In this document: positions 17,172 through 25,675 of the stretch, piece after piece
How positions within the stretch are numbered: the stretch's first letter is position 1
Layout of the letters: every line of letters begins with the position of its first letter
Source of the DNA: Candidatus Kaiserbacteria bacterium
GTDB lineage: Bacteria; Patescibacteriota; Minisyncoccia; Phycocordibacterales; UBA2100
NCBI GenBank assembly: GCA_016214605.1
Contig: JACROD010000030.1
Location: 1-28,581, forward strand
Direction of reading: 5' to 3'
Length of the DNA: 28,581 bases
Position numbers and translations under genes: made by a program
The notes under the pieces: generated by a model
What the model was told of the DNA's origin: nothing
What the model saw: the letters and a program-made list of their open reading frames with translations, nothing else
Database searches by the model: none

Positions 17172-17795
17172 TTAAGTGGCGGTATTGTTGTTATACCGGG
17201 CTTCAGCGGGAAATACACCGATCCCATTGAAGGGATACAGTCTGAAAAGGACGCGTCCGACAATGTCGGATCGAGGCAAAATACCCCACAAACGCGAATC
17301 AGCGGAGACTTTTCTGTTGTCGCCGAGTACAAAATACTGATCCTTGCCCAAAACGACATTCATATCAGAAGCTCCGCCGAAGTTTTTGGGGCTGATGTAA
17401 GGCTCATTGAGTGTCATGCCGTCAGGATGTGCGTCATTTATGATAGTGACCGTGGGAGCGGGCCCTTTGATCTCTACAGTCTCGCCAGGGAGGCCGATGA
17501 CACGCTTGATAAGCGCTCGTCCGGTGTCTTGTGGCAGGTCAAGGACGATCACATCGCCGCGTTGTGGCGTCTCGAGCCGGTAGGTGACGCGATCTACAAT
17601 CAAATAATTCCAGTTATCGAAGTTGGGCTCCATGGAAGAGCCGACAACGATGTATGGAGCGGCGATGAAGAAACGGATGATGAGTGCTACACCGAGCGCG
17701 ATGACGAGATAGAAGAAAAATGATCGCTCAGTTTTAACAATACCAATAGTTGGTTCCGGTGATGAGACATTTTGATGCATCACGGGATCAGTCAT
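17172..17795 (-). CDS. lepB: signal peptidase I
   Basis: N-terminal TM, then GSSMEPNF (catalytic Ser), KRVIGLPGE (Lys) and GDNRKVSADSRLWG box E. Start at MTDPVMH, with TAGAAT 8 nt upstream. Confidence 0.85.
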   Translation of the reverse strand: MTDPVMHQNVSSPEPTIGIVKTERSFFFYLVIALGVALIIRFFIAAPYIVVGSSMEPNFDNWNYLIVDRVTYRLETPQRGDVIVLDLPQDTGRALIKRVIGLPGETVEIKGPAPTVTIINDAHPDGMTLNEPYISPKNFGGASDMNVVLGKDQYFVLGDNRKVSADSRLWGILPRSDIVGRVLFRLYPFNGIGVFPAEARYNNNTAT

Positions 17796-18118
17796 GTACG
17801 CACATTCTACTGCGAGTATGCCGTTGACGCAAAGTATCTCGGTGTGTTGCATCAGAGAAAAATATTTTTGCAGACACGCGTAATCAAAACATCTTCGCGG
17901 CGCAATTATTTTTTGCCTGCGGAACTCGCCTACTGGCTCAAACAGGTCGGTCACTGCTATGACCGACACGTTAGTGGATGCTTTGTATATAATGCGGCAC
18001 TACTTTATTCTGGTAAGAGTTGGACTAATTTCGCGTAGCTTTACCACCAGTCCTCGGCTGCAAAATATTTGCGCCGCGAAGATGTTCAACACCCGATTGT
18101 TTGTTAGAATGGTGCGAT

Positions 18119-18739
18119 ATGACATGGACCATCGTCGGCCTAGGCAATCCGGGAGAAGAATACGACAATACGAGGCACAATGCCGGCCGTATGGCGCTCG
18201 AAGTAGCCGCAAAAAAGGCCGGGGGTGATGAGTGGAAGGTGAACCCCGTAAAAGCGAGCGCTCACGGGGCAGGCAAGGGCGCAAAAGCGACCGTCGCGAA
18301 GGCCACGATAGGCAAGACAACCGCCGTATTCGTATTGCCGGACACCTTTATGAACAAATCCGGTGCGGCAGTGCTCAAATATGTGAAGAGTGCAAAGGCC
18401 GCAGAGCGGATGATCGTGGTATATGACGACCTCGATCTGCCGATCGGCACGATCAAGCTCTCCTTTAATAGAGGATCGGGCGGTCACAAGGGTGTCGAGT
18501 CGATCATGCGCGCCCTCAAGACCAAAAAATTCACGCGCGTGCGCATCGGTGTCTCACGCGCCACCGCTTCGGGCAAGATCAAGAAGCCTTCAGGCGAAGA
18601 CGAGGTGATCGATTTTATCCTCGCGGCATTCAAGCCCGCTGAGATGACCGAGCTCAAAGGTGTTTTCAAGAAAGTGAGTGAAGCGATCGAGACTATCGTC
18701 ACCGAAGGCCCCGAGCGTGCAATGAATCAGTTTAATTGA
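18119..18739 (+). CDS. pth: peptidyl-tRNA hydrolase
   Basis: MTWTIVGLGNPGEEYDNTRHNAG, the N-terminal signature of the Pth family. TAGAAT lies 8 nt upstream of the ATG. The track starts at a TTG at 18101. Confidence 0.9.
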   Translation: MTWTIVGLGNPGEEYDNTRHNAGRMALEVAAKKAGGDEWKVNPVKASAHGAGKGAKATVAKATIGKTTAVFVLPDTFMNKSGAAVLKYVKSAKAAERMIVVYDDLDLPIGTIKLSFNRGSGGHKGVESIMRALKTKKFTRVRIGVSRATASGKIKKPSGEDEVIDFILAAFKPAEMTELKGVFKKVSEAIETIVTEGPERAMNQFN

Positions 18740-18746
18740 CGGGTCT

Positions 18747-19265
18747 ATGCGCACTTTGATCACAGGAGTAGCGGGTGCCGGGAAGACCACCATCGTTTCC
18801 GAACTTCGTAAGCGGGGATATCGAGCCATTGATCTTGATGACTGCGACGTTTGTATATGGGTCAACAAAGAAACAGGGAAAGAGGCTGTTTACAACGAAG
18901 GTGCAGGAGGTGTGTGGATCGAGAGACATCGGTGGCAAGTAGTGGTACCAAAGCTCATTGATCTACTGGATTCGTTCCCGGAGACTGAAGACGTGTTTGT
19001 CGGCGGAAAGGTGGCCAGTGTGCAAGTGGATGAAATAAAGAAAATCTTCGATAGGATGTACGTGTTGAAGCCGGCAGACGCTATAATAGATCAGCGACTG
19101 AGCAAAAGAACTTCCAATATCGTCAATTTTGCCAAGACCAAGGAAGAGAGGGAAGCTCTGATAAGAGGTCGAAATAAATTTGAACAAACATGTATCGATT
19201 GTGGCATGGTTCCGCTCGATAATCAGGGAACGGTCCAGGAGATCCTCGAAGAGATCTTATGCTAG
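18747..19265 (+). CDS. P-loop NTPase, predicted small nucleotide/nucleoside kinase-like protein
   Basis: Walker A ITGVAGAGKTT at the N-terminus. 172 aa. No finer assignment is possible. Confidence 0.6.
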   Translation: MRTLITGVAGAGKTTIVSELRKRGYRAIDLDDCDVCIWVNKETGKEAVYNEGAGGVWIERHRWQVVVPKLIDLLDSFPETEDVFVGGKVASVQVDEIKKIFDRMYVLKPADAIIDQRLSKRTSNIVNFAKTKEEREALIRGRNKFEQTCIDCGMVPLDNQGTVQEILEEILC

Positions 19266-19287
19266 CTATTTCCTAACTCTAAACACA

Positions 19288-21066
19288 ATGACTTATTTGC
19301 CGATACAAAGAGTGTTTGTGCTTCCCTTGATCGTCTTTTGTATCGGAGTCGCGGGGCTCGTGGTGGGTCAGCCGCTCCTCTATCTAGCCGCGACGCTCAT
19401 CGGTATCGGGAAGATCGTCTTGGATTCGTACGAAAAGATCCGTGAAGGACACTATTCGCTCGATTATATCGCCTTCCTCGCGATGGTGGTCGCGGTCGTG
19501 TCCGGCAATTATCTGCCCGGCGCGGTCGTGGCGCTTATGTTTACCGGTGGCGAAGCGCTCGAAGACTTTGCCGAGGGTCGTGCGACGGCATCGCTCAAGG
19601 CTTTACTCGAAAGGATCCCCAAGGTCGCGCTCGTGCGCGATCAGGCTGGGGCGACACGTGAGGTACCGCTCGCGGAGGTATCTACCGGCAGTACGATTGT
19701 GGTGCGCGGGCATGAGCTCGTGCCGCTCGACGGCACGCTCGCATCGGCAGATGCGATCCTCGACACCTCCAATCTCACTGGCGAATCGCTTCCCGAGACG
19801 ATCACCAGCGGTACGTTCGTCAAAAGCGGCATGATAAACGCGGGTCCGACATTCGACCTCGTGGTCTCGGGTACGTTTGCCACGTCGACCTACGCACGCA
19901 TCGTGCAATTAGTAGAAGATTCCAAGCGCGAACAAGCACCGATGGTGCGCCTATCCGAGCAGGCCAACTTTCCTTTCACGGCGGTCACGATCGCACTTGC
20001 ATCGGGGGCATACTTCTTCTCGGGTGAGCTCGGCCGCGCGCTCGCCGTCTTGGTGATCGCCACACCCTGCCCGCTCATCATCGCGGCGCCGATTGCTTTC
20101 ATCGGCGGGCTCTCGCGCGCCGCGCATCGCAACATCATCATCAAGAAGCCAGCCGCGCTCGAAGCGCTCTCGCACGCGACGACAATCTTTTTCGACAAGA
20201 CCGGCACGCTCACGCTCGGCACGCCCGAGATCATCTCTATAGATGTACACGAAGCAGGTATGAGCGAAGAGCAGGTGCTCGCGATCGCCGCCTCCATCGA
20301 ATTCCATTCGATCCATCCGCTCGCGAGCGCGGTCACGGCGGCTCTTCAGAGTAGAGGAGTCGCGCTCTTACAGGCGACCGATGTGTCCGAGACCATCGGC
20401 CAAGGCATCAGCGGCACGGTAGACGGCGCGCGATATAGTATCAGCAAGTCGGCGCATTCAGGCGAGCAGGGGGGTATCGTCCTTGCGCTCGCGCGCGAAG
20501 GGGACGTGGTCGCCGAGCTTCATTTTGCAGATGTGCTCAAAGACAATGTGAAGCATCTCATCAATACACTCCATGATCGGGGCTTGCGTGTCGCGGTCAT
20601 TACCGGCGATCGTCAGGCCAATGCCGAAGCGGTCTTCGCGAGGATGTCTCTCGATATCCATGCGGATTGTTCGCCCGAAGAAAAACACCGCCTCGTCACC
20701 GAGGCCAAGGCCAAAGGCGAAGTGGTGGTCATGGTGGGCGACGGCCTCAATGACGCGCCGGCGCTCGCCACCGCTCATGTGGGAATGGTCTTCTCGGGTA
20801 CCGAAAACAGCGCGGCGATCGAAGCGGCCGATGTGGTGATCATGGGCCGTGATGTGGCGCTCGTCGCGGAAGTATTCGCGATCGCGGGGCGTTCGACCAC
20901 GATTGCCAAACAGAGCGTGTGGACAGGGATCGGGCTCTCGACCGCCGGCATGCTCTTTGCGGCGTTTGGATTCATCGTGCCGGTCATGGGAGCCTTGATC
21001 CAAGAGGCGATAGACGTGGCAGTGATCCTCAATTCGCTCCGCACGATCCGCGGCGGCAAAAAATAA
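19288..21066 (+). CDS. P1B-type heavy-metal-translocating P-type ATPase lacking an N-terminal HMA metal-binding domain
   Basis: CPC in a TM helix (IATPCPLIIAAP). DKTGTLT phosphorylation site. SIHPLA (HP motif). GDGLNDAPAL hinge. Start at MTYLPIQ. The track's N-terminus overlaps the previous gene. Confidence 0.85.
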   Translation: MTYLPIQRVFVLPLIVFCIGVAGLVVGQPLLYLAATLIGIGKIVLDSYEKIREGHYSLDYIAFLAMVVAVVSGNYLPGAVVALMFTGGEALEDFAEGRATASLKALLERIPKVALVRDQAGATREVPLAEVSTGSTIVVRGHELVPLDGTLASADAILDTSNLTGESLPETITSGTFVKSGMINAGPTFDLVVSGTFATSTYARIVQLVEDSKREQAPMVRLSEQANFPFTAVTIALASGAYFFSGELGRALAVLVIATPCPLIIAAPIAFIGGLSRAAHRNIIIKKPAALEALSHATTIFFDKTGTLTLGTPEIISIDVHEAGMSEEQVLAIAASIEFHSIHPLASAVTAALQSRGVALLQATDVSETIGQGISGTVDGARYSISKSAHSGEQGGIVLALAREGDVVAELHFADVLKDNVKHLINTLHDRGLRVAVITGDRQANAEAVFARMSLDIHADCSPEEKHRLVTEAKAKGEVVVMVGDGLNDAPALATAHVGMVFSGTENSAAIEAADVVIMGRDVALVAEVFAIAGRSTTIAKQSVWTGIGLSTAGMLFAAFGFIVPVMGALIQEAIDVAVILNSLRTIRGGKK

Positions 21067-21082
21067 AAAAGTATAAAAATCA

Positions 21083-21112
21083 AAAGCACTTTCATAAAAA
21101 TGAAAGTGCTTT
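21083..21112. terminator. hairpin terminator aaagcactttcat-aaaa-atgaaagtgcttt, with an A-rich run upstream (T-rich on the minus strand)
   Basis: 13-bp perfect stem 17 nt after the ATPase stop. Confidence 0.55.
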
Positions 21113-21245
21113 GGAATGAACAATAGAATGGATTTAGGCAGGTTTAATTCTCAAAAAGAGAACGATAGAACCGGCATAAAGAGCCCTTCCTGTTTTTGAT
21201 GGTAGGTGAGTATTCCTGTGCTGTCTAGTACATATCTCGACCGAC

Positions 21246-21296
21246 TGTGGATAACCACATATTATCTCTTTAGAGATTGCGATAGGTTGTTGATAA
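21246..21296. promoter_or_regulatory. two DnaA-box 9-mers in the same orientation: TGTGGATAA (21246-21254, perfect reverse complement of TTATCCACA) and TGTTGATAA (21288-21296, 1 mismatch). They flank the small palindrome atctct-tt-agagat.
   Basis: Motifs read directly in the AT-rich intergenic region upstream of the protease gene. Confidence 0.3.
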
Positions 21297-21398
21297 CCGA
21301 TAAGTACTTCAAATATAAAGTGTACTCTGGATAGAGTATCGGCCCAAACGCATCAGTGCGTTTGATCGCCATGTTCCTCTGGAAAAAGGGAGGCTGTG

Positions 21399-22145
21399 AT
21401 GAAGATATCTGGTTATGCGAGAGATGTCGCCCCCGTCGTGGCGGTGATTGCCGTTGGTTGGTTGTGGTGGAATACTGTTATACCGCCGGAGACGACCACG
21501 CTGATCGAGTCATCGGTCAAGATCCATGCGACCTTCCCGGATATTCCTGTGGCACATCCGACCCCGCGCAAGACCGGCTTGGAAGATGTCGGTGGCAGTA
21601 TCGGAGCTGGGACCGTCGTCGGCAGCATCTTGTATCGGTTTGTGGACGGCAAACATGCCGTACATGCGGCCATTGTGTCCGTAGCGCATGTTGTCAAAGA
21701 TGCTCAGAATGTCGACGTGGAGTGGAAGGGAAAGCATATTCCCGGCCGTGTGATCGCCAAAGACGATGAGCTCGATCTGGCGCTCGTGGAGGTGCCGGTG
21801 TCGCTGCCCAAGGCAGAGATGTTTTTCGGTCAGGTGAAGGTCGGCATGCCTCAATGGACGGTCGGATATCCGTATGGGACGGGCGTGTCGATCACTTATG
21901 GATTTGTGAGCACGATCAATCCGGTGATGGGTCTGCGCCAAGCCTCTGCGTCGATCTGGCCCGGTAATTCTGGTGGCGGAGTCTTTATCATCCACCAAAA
22001 TCACTTCGTCCTCGTGGGAGTGGCGGATGCCGTCTATGTAGCCCAGCTGTCTCCTCAGCAAATGGCAGTCGTGGATACCGTCGGGTTCTTCGTCACCACG
22101 AACAAGGTCAAGAAGTTTCTCCTGGAGAATCACGTGTCTCTCTGA
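21399..22145 (+). CDS. membrane-anchored trypsin-like (S1 family) serine protease
   Basis: N-terminal TM. Catalytic triad in the order His (SVAHVV), Asp (DLALVEV), Ser (GNSGGGVF). GGGAGG SD lies 5 nt before the ATG. Confidence 0.75.
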   Translation: MKISGYARDVAPVVAVIAVGWLWWNTVIPPETTTLIESSVKIHATFPDIPVAHPTPRKTGLEDVGGSIGAGTVVGSILYRFVDGKHAVHAAIVSVAHVVKDAQNVDVEWKGKHIPGRVIAKDDELDLALVEVPVSLPKAEMFFGQVKVGMPQWTVGYPYGTGVSITYGFVSTINPVMGLRQASASIWPGNSGGGVFIIHQNHFVLVGVADAVYVAQLSPQQMAVVDTVGFFVTTNKVKKFLLENHVSL

Positions 22146-22236
22146 GGCGCTCTGTCGGCCCTCGCGCACCATGCGCGGGGGTCTTTCTATCTATACAAAT
22201 CACGAGATCGTCACGTGCTGGCTCAAGCATCAAAAA

Positions 22237-22268
22237 AGCCGCGCAGTGATGCGCGGCTTTTTTCTTTT
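22237..22268. terminator. bidirectional rho-independent terminator: agccgcgca-gtga-tgcgcggct, flanked by A6 upstream and T6cT4 downstream, between the convergent protease and rpsA genes
   Basis: Perfect 9-bp GC-rich stem with U-runs on both strands. Confidence 0.7.
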
Positions 22269-22303
22269 GACAGGGATTTGGCAAGAGTCAGACTCTTTAC
22301 AAT

Positions 22304-23440
22304 CTAGACGATCGGCTTGAGTGTCATGCGACGCTCCTTGGGTTCGAAGAACGTGATCGTAAAAGGATACACGTTGCCGAGCTGAAGCTTGGAGCGCAGC
22401 TCTTCCTCGGTGCCGAATTCCGATACATGGACCAAGCCCGCGACACCTTCCTCGATGGAGGCCAAAGCGCCGTGTTTGTTGTACTTGATGACCACTGCTT
22501 CGACGCGATCGTCTTTCTTGTACTTGGCACCAGCTGCTTTCCACGGATCGTCCATGAGTGCCTTGATCGAGAGGGATACTTTGTCCTCCTTGACCTCGAT
22601 GACCTTGACCTTGACCGGCTCGCCGACTCGGAAACGAGTCTTGGGATTCTCCACGAGCGCCCAGTCCATTTCGGAGATATGTACGAGTCCCTCGAGACCT
22701 TCTTCGAGCTTCACAAAGACGCCGAATTCGGTGGCACCGGTGACAATCCCGTCGAGTACATCGCCCACATGGTATTTCTCCACGAGACCTGCGCGCTCGG
22801 TCGAGCCTGCACCCTTTTCGGAGAAGATGAGTTTTTGCTCCTTGGGGCTCGCGGTGATGATCATCACTTCGACGGGAGTGCCGACCATTTTCTTGAGTTC
22901 GGCGAAGACCTTGTCCTTGTCGCCGTCGGAGACGCGCGGATAGTGTGCAGCTGAGAGCTGCGAAGCAGGGAGAAATCCGGCGATACCGTTCCAGTTGATG
23001 ATAAGGCCGCCCTTGTTGGCGTCGGTGACGGGGAGTGTAAAGACCGTCTTCTTCTGAAGTGCGGTCTCCGCATCGCTCCACATGAGCGCCTGGCGCGCTT
23101 CACGCAGCGACAGCTCCATGTAGCCCTCGGCGGTCTCGGTACCGACGACCTTGGCGGCGACGATGTCGCCGATGTTCACATTCTTCAGGGTCTCGCGTGC
23201 TGAGAGATACTCGCGCCCGTAGATAATACCGGTCCCAAAGGGATGCAGATCGACGAACACGCGCGCACGGCCGATCGCGATCACTGGTCCTTCGACCATT
23301 TCTTCCATACCCGGCTTCTTGGGCGCTAGATTCATAAGCTCCGCCATCGGCCCTGTTGGTTCGTCTTGGGGCACGACGACCTCAGATTCTTCTCGCATAT
23401 CCGCTTCTAAGACGGCGGAATTCTTCTCTTGTTTTGTCAT
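22304..23440 (-). CDS. rpsA: 30S ribosomal protein S1, short form with 4 S1 domains
   Basis: Repeated S1 OB-fold motifs (GxxVxGxVxxIxxFGxFVxL...). 378 aa, with an acidic N-terminal extension of about 50 aa. Confidence 0.9.
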   Translation of the reverse strand: MTKQEKNSAVLEADMREESEVVVPQDEPTGPMAELMNLAPKKPGMEEMVEGPVIAIGRARVFVDLHPFGTGIIYGREYLSARETLKNVNIGDIVAAKVVGTETAEGYMELSLREARQALMWSDAETALQKKTVFTLPVTDANKGGLIINWNGIAGFLPASQLSAAHYPRVSDGDKDKVFAELKKMVGTPVEVMIITASPKEQKLIFSEKGAGSTERAGLVEKYHVGDVLDGIVTGATEFGVFVKLEEGLEGLVHISEMDWALVENPKTRFRVGEPVKVKVIEVKEDKVSLSIKALMDDPWKAAGAKYKKDDRVEAVVIKYNKHGALASIEEGVAGLVHVSEFGTEEELRSKLQLGNVYPFTITFFEPKERRMTLKPIV

Positions 23441-23798
23441 TGTATATATGACGCTTTGGGTGCTGATCGCCTTGCAACAATGCCTATCGGAGCGACCCGC
23501 CTCCGCATAAAGCTTCGGCGAGGGACCTCAGTGTTAGCCCGTGACGTTCAATTAATAATGAACCGAGAAACTGTATCAAAAAATTACCGAAATGCAAGAG
23601 ACAAATACAAAATAAAAAGGGACTTCATACCTCTTCAGGAAGCGAGTCCCGAAGCTAGTAGAAGTCCCCGATGTATCAAAGGAGAGATTAATCTCTCACC
23701 ATGACCCGACGCCCTTCGTCGGCGGCGAGGAGATATTCATATCCTTACCCTCCCTATAATAAGCACTTGCCCTAGGTGGGTTGCCGGCGCGCCAGCCG

Positions 23799-23936
23799 TC
23801 AGGTGACGGCGACGAAGCCCAGGCGGCCGCCCGCGGCGCCGATGCCGAGATAATGATTCACAAAGCCGATGGTGGAGCCGACGCTGGAAGCGATACGACA
23901 CTCATGATGCCAATGCGGCGGGCCGTGACTGTTCAT
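23799..23936 (-). CDS. candidate small protein (45 aa): His-rich N-terminus (HGPPHWHHEC) followed by a Gly-zipper hydrophobic segment
   Basis: ATG preceded by AGGGAG at an 8-nt spacing. Third codon positions are about 85% G/C, like real genes here. It is below the 60-aa cutoff of the ORF track. Confidence 0.4.
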   Translation of the reverse strand: MNSHGPPHWHHECRIASSVGSTIGFVNHYLGIGAAGGRLGFVAVT

Positions 23937-24027
23937 TCTGAACACTCCCTAGTTGTTGGTTGGAACATACCTTGGTCGTCCGGTCCGACTCTCACGTGTG
24001 AGGGTCCTTCCAGTCCAAAGCTAGAAC

Positions 24028-24055
24028 ATTATGAGCCCCCTATTTTATTTGTCAA
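24028..24055 (-). promoter_or_regulatory. candidate minus-strand promoter TTGACA-16 nt-CATAAT, reading toward the small ORF and rpsA
   Basis: -35 = rc of 24050-24055. -10 = rc of 24028-24033. Confidence 0.35.
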
Positions 24056-24100
24056 GTCCTCGTCTGTATTGTCTTGTTTTGCTTCAAAAATAAGGCTTTT

Positions 24101-24129
24101 TTCACATATCTGAAGCTTCTGCTATACTA
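24101..24129 (+). promoter_or_regulatory. promoter TTCACA-17 nt-TATACT, 6 nt upstream of the ATG of the MBL-fold gene (leaderless-type)
   Basis: Hexamers and spacing read directly. Confidence 0.5.
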
Positions 24130-24135
24130 GGGCCC

Positions 24136-24795
24136 ATGATTCTTACATACCACGGTGGTGCATGTGTGAAGGCGAGTGCAGGGGATACTACTATAGTACT
24201 CGGCCCCGTCTCCAAGGGGTCCAAATCCTTCAAACCGGCCAATTTTGGGGCAAATATCGCCTTTATCTCACTCAATCATCCCGATATGAACGGTACTGAG
24301 GAAGTACGCGGGCGACCCCGTAAAGACGACACCGAAGGTGCCGTCAACGGGGCAGGCAAGGAGCCTTTCATCATCACGGGGCCCGGCGAGTACGAGGTGA
24401 GTGATATCTCGGCTGCGGGTTTTTCATCGGGCTCTGTCTATGGCGGTCATGAGCTTATCAATACGATCTACTCGATCCATTTTGATGGCCTCTCGGTACT
24501 CTATCTTGGCGCGTGCGGCGATGCACAGCTGCCCAAGGAGGTCTTGGAAATGGATGCACCGGATGTGCTCATTCTTCCCGTGGGCGGCAACGGCGCCTTG
24601 AGTCCGGCGGATGCTCAGAAGGTTGCCGTGAAGCTTGAGGCCAAGATCGTAATTCCGATCCTTTATGACGACAAGACGCTCAAAACCTTCCTCAAAGAAG
24701 CGAGTAGCGAAGACGTAAAGCCGGTCGACAAACTCACCATCAAGCCGCGCGATCTCGCAGGCAAAGAAAGTGAGACCATCGTTCTCAGTGTATAA
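24136..24795 (+). CDS. MBL-fold metallo-hydrolase (UPF0173/Lactamase_B_3-like)
   Basis: MILTYHGGACVKAS N-terminus and overall beta-lactamase-fold pattern. 219 aa. Confidence 0.75.
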   Translation: MILTYHGGACVKASAGDTTIVLGPVSKGSKSFKPANFGANIAFISLNHPDMNGTEEVRGRPRKDDTEGAVNGAGKEPFIITGPGEYEVSDISAAGFSSGSVYGGHELINTIYSIHFDGLSVLYLGACGDAQLPKEVLEMDAPDVLILPVGGNGALSPADAQKVAVKLEAKIVIPILYDDKTLKTFLKEASSEDVKPVDKLTIKPRDLAGKESETIVLSV

Positions 24796-24802
24796 TGTAA
24801 GA

Positions 24803-25186
24803 ATGGTAGTCAGAAAAGCCGTCGAATCTCTCAAGGCTCGTCCGCACGATGAGCGGCATGCCGCCGCGGTATTCTCGGCACTCTTGGTCATGGCAGTGCT
24901 CCTGGTAGCGTGGGTGGTCTTTTTTCTCAAGAGTTTCCAAACGGCGCCTCCCGATGATTTTCCCAATGTCGGCACGACCGAAACGCCCGCACAGAACGCA
25001 TCTGCGGCCGCTGCGGTCAATGCGATCATACATTCGACCGTGACGAGCAACATCGGTGCGCAGTCCCCGGCGGATGTCGAGGCGACCTCTGTCGATACTG
25101 CGCCATACATCCCATCCTCCGCACCAACTGCAACCCCCAAAGACGGCAGTGTTGCAGATCAGCTTCAAAAGGCTTTGGATCAATGA
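24803..25186 (+). CDS. hypothetical membrane-anchored protein with a Pro/Ala/Thr-rich extracytoplasmic tail
   Basis: TATAAT, which spans the upstream stop codon, lies 6 nt before ATG 24803 (MVVRKAV). Single TM, then a low-complexity tail. Confidence 0.45.
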   Translation: MVVRKAVESLKARPHDERHAAAVFSALLVMAVLLVAWVVFFLKSFQTAPPDDFPNVGTTETPAQNASAAAAVNAIIHSTVTSNIGAQSPADVEATSVDTAPYIPSSAPTATPKDGSVADQLQKALDQ

Positions 25187-25208
25187 CGTGAGCCTTGTCA
25201 AAAGAGAA

Positions 25209-25243
25209 AGCTCCGGCAGCGAGTGCCGGAGCTTTTGTTTTTG
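25209..25243. terminator. bidirectional rho-independent terminator agctccggca-gcgag-tgccggagct plus T-run, between convergent genes
   Basis: 10-bp perfect stem. aaagagaa upstream and tttgtttttg downstream. Confidence 0.7.
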
Positions 25244-25248
25244 CGGTC

Positions 25249-25572
25249 TCAAGTCCCGCGCTTATTCTTGTGCTTGCGCCAGGCGAATCCGATGATCTCC
25301 TCCGCCTCCGCCGCGTTGTCGCCGAAATAGCCCTTTTTCATCCGATATCGAGTGAGCCAATAGTGGGTCCACAGAGTAACGACGAAAAAGGCTGAGAGGA
25401 TCGTAATGTTGGAGAAGTCGCCCCACGTCCATCCGACATACGGCGTGTACGGCGTTGTAAACGCACACAGGGCCAATAACAAAACGGTCGAGATGATCGA
25501 AGTCCTTTTCAGAGATCGACACATCTCTCGTTGTGCCGCTTGGATAGAGACGATGGTGTCGCGATCGTTCAT
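25249..25572 (-). CDS. hypothetical small 2-TM membrane protein (about 107 aa), divergent from gyrA
   Basis: AGAGGAG SD lies 9 nt before ATG (MNDRDTIV). The track's longer N-terminus runs through the terminator hairpin and was rejected. Confidence 0.5.
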   Translation of the reverse strand: MNDRDTIVSIQAAQREMCRSLKRTSIISTVLLLALCAFTTPYTPYVGWTWGDFSNITILSAFFVVTLWTHYWLTRYRMKKGYFGDNAAEAEEIIGFAWRKHKNKRGT

Positions 25573-25610
25573 TATGATGGGCTCCTCTTTCTGCCAACCT
25601 GCAGACACTG

Positions 25611-25665
25611 TATAATGGTATACCAGTAGTGTCAACTCCTCTCTGCGTCCCAAAAATGCTATAAT
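25611..25665 (+). promoter_or_regulatory. gyrA promoter region with two consensus TATAAT boxes (25611-25616, preceded by TG, and 25660-25665, 10 nt before the ATG)
   Basis: Hexamers read directly. Confidence 0.45.
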
Positions 25666-25675
25666 TCCCGCACTT

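Noticed and set aside
15776-17359. ORF-track N-terminal extensions: hisS-like gene to 17359, flotillin TTG at 15796, ftsZ to 11492, pilM-like to 2949, and the small membrane protein to 25749
   Set aside because: The extensions run into the upstream gene or through promoter and terminator elements. They lack homology and begin at non-ATG or unsupported starts. Internal ATGs with -10 or SD context were preferred.
23429-24113. Plus-strand ORFs 23429..23704 (91 aa) and 23781..24113 (110 aa) in the rpsA upstream region
   Set aside because: The first starts inside the rpsA start region. The second lies opposite the SD-led 45-aa minus-strand ORF and has a GC-rich, Ala/Gly/Asp-rich composition with no start context. 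Neither is transcribed from a recognisable + promoter.
23441-24135. Possible RNase P RNA, tmRNA, SRP RNA or tRNA in the rpsA upstream region
   Set aside because: I searched both strands for the conserved cores (GGAAAGTCCGG and ACAGAANCCGGCTTA for RNase P, the GGTTCGAATCC T-arm and CCA ends for tRNA and tmRNA, CAGGTCCGGAAGGAAGCAGC for SRP). None is present. The hairpins are reported only as unclassified structure.
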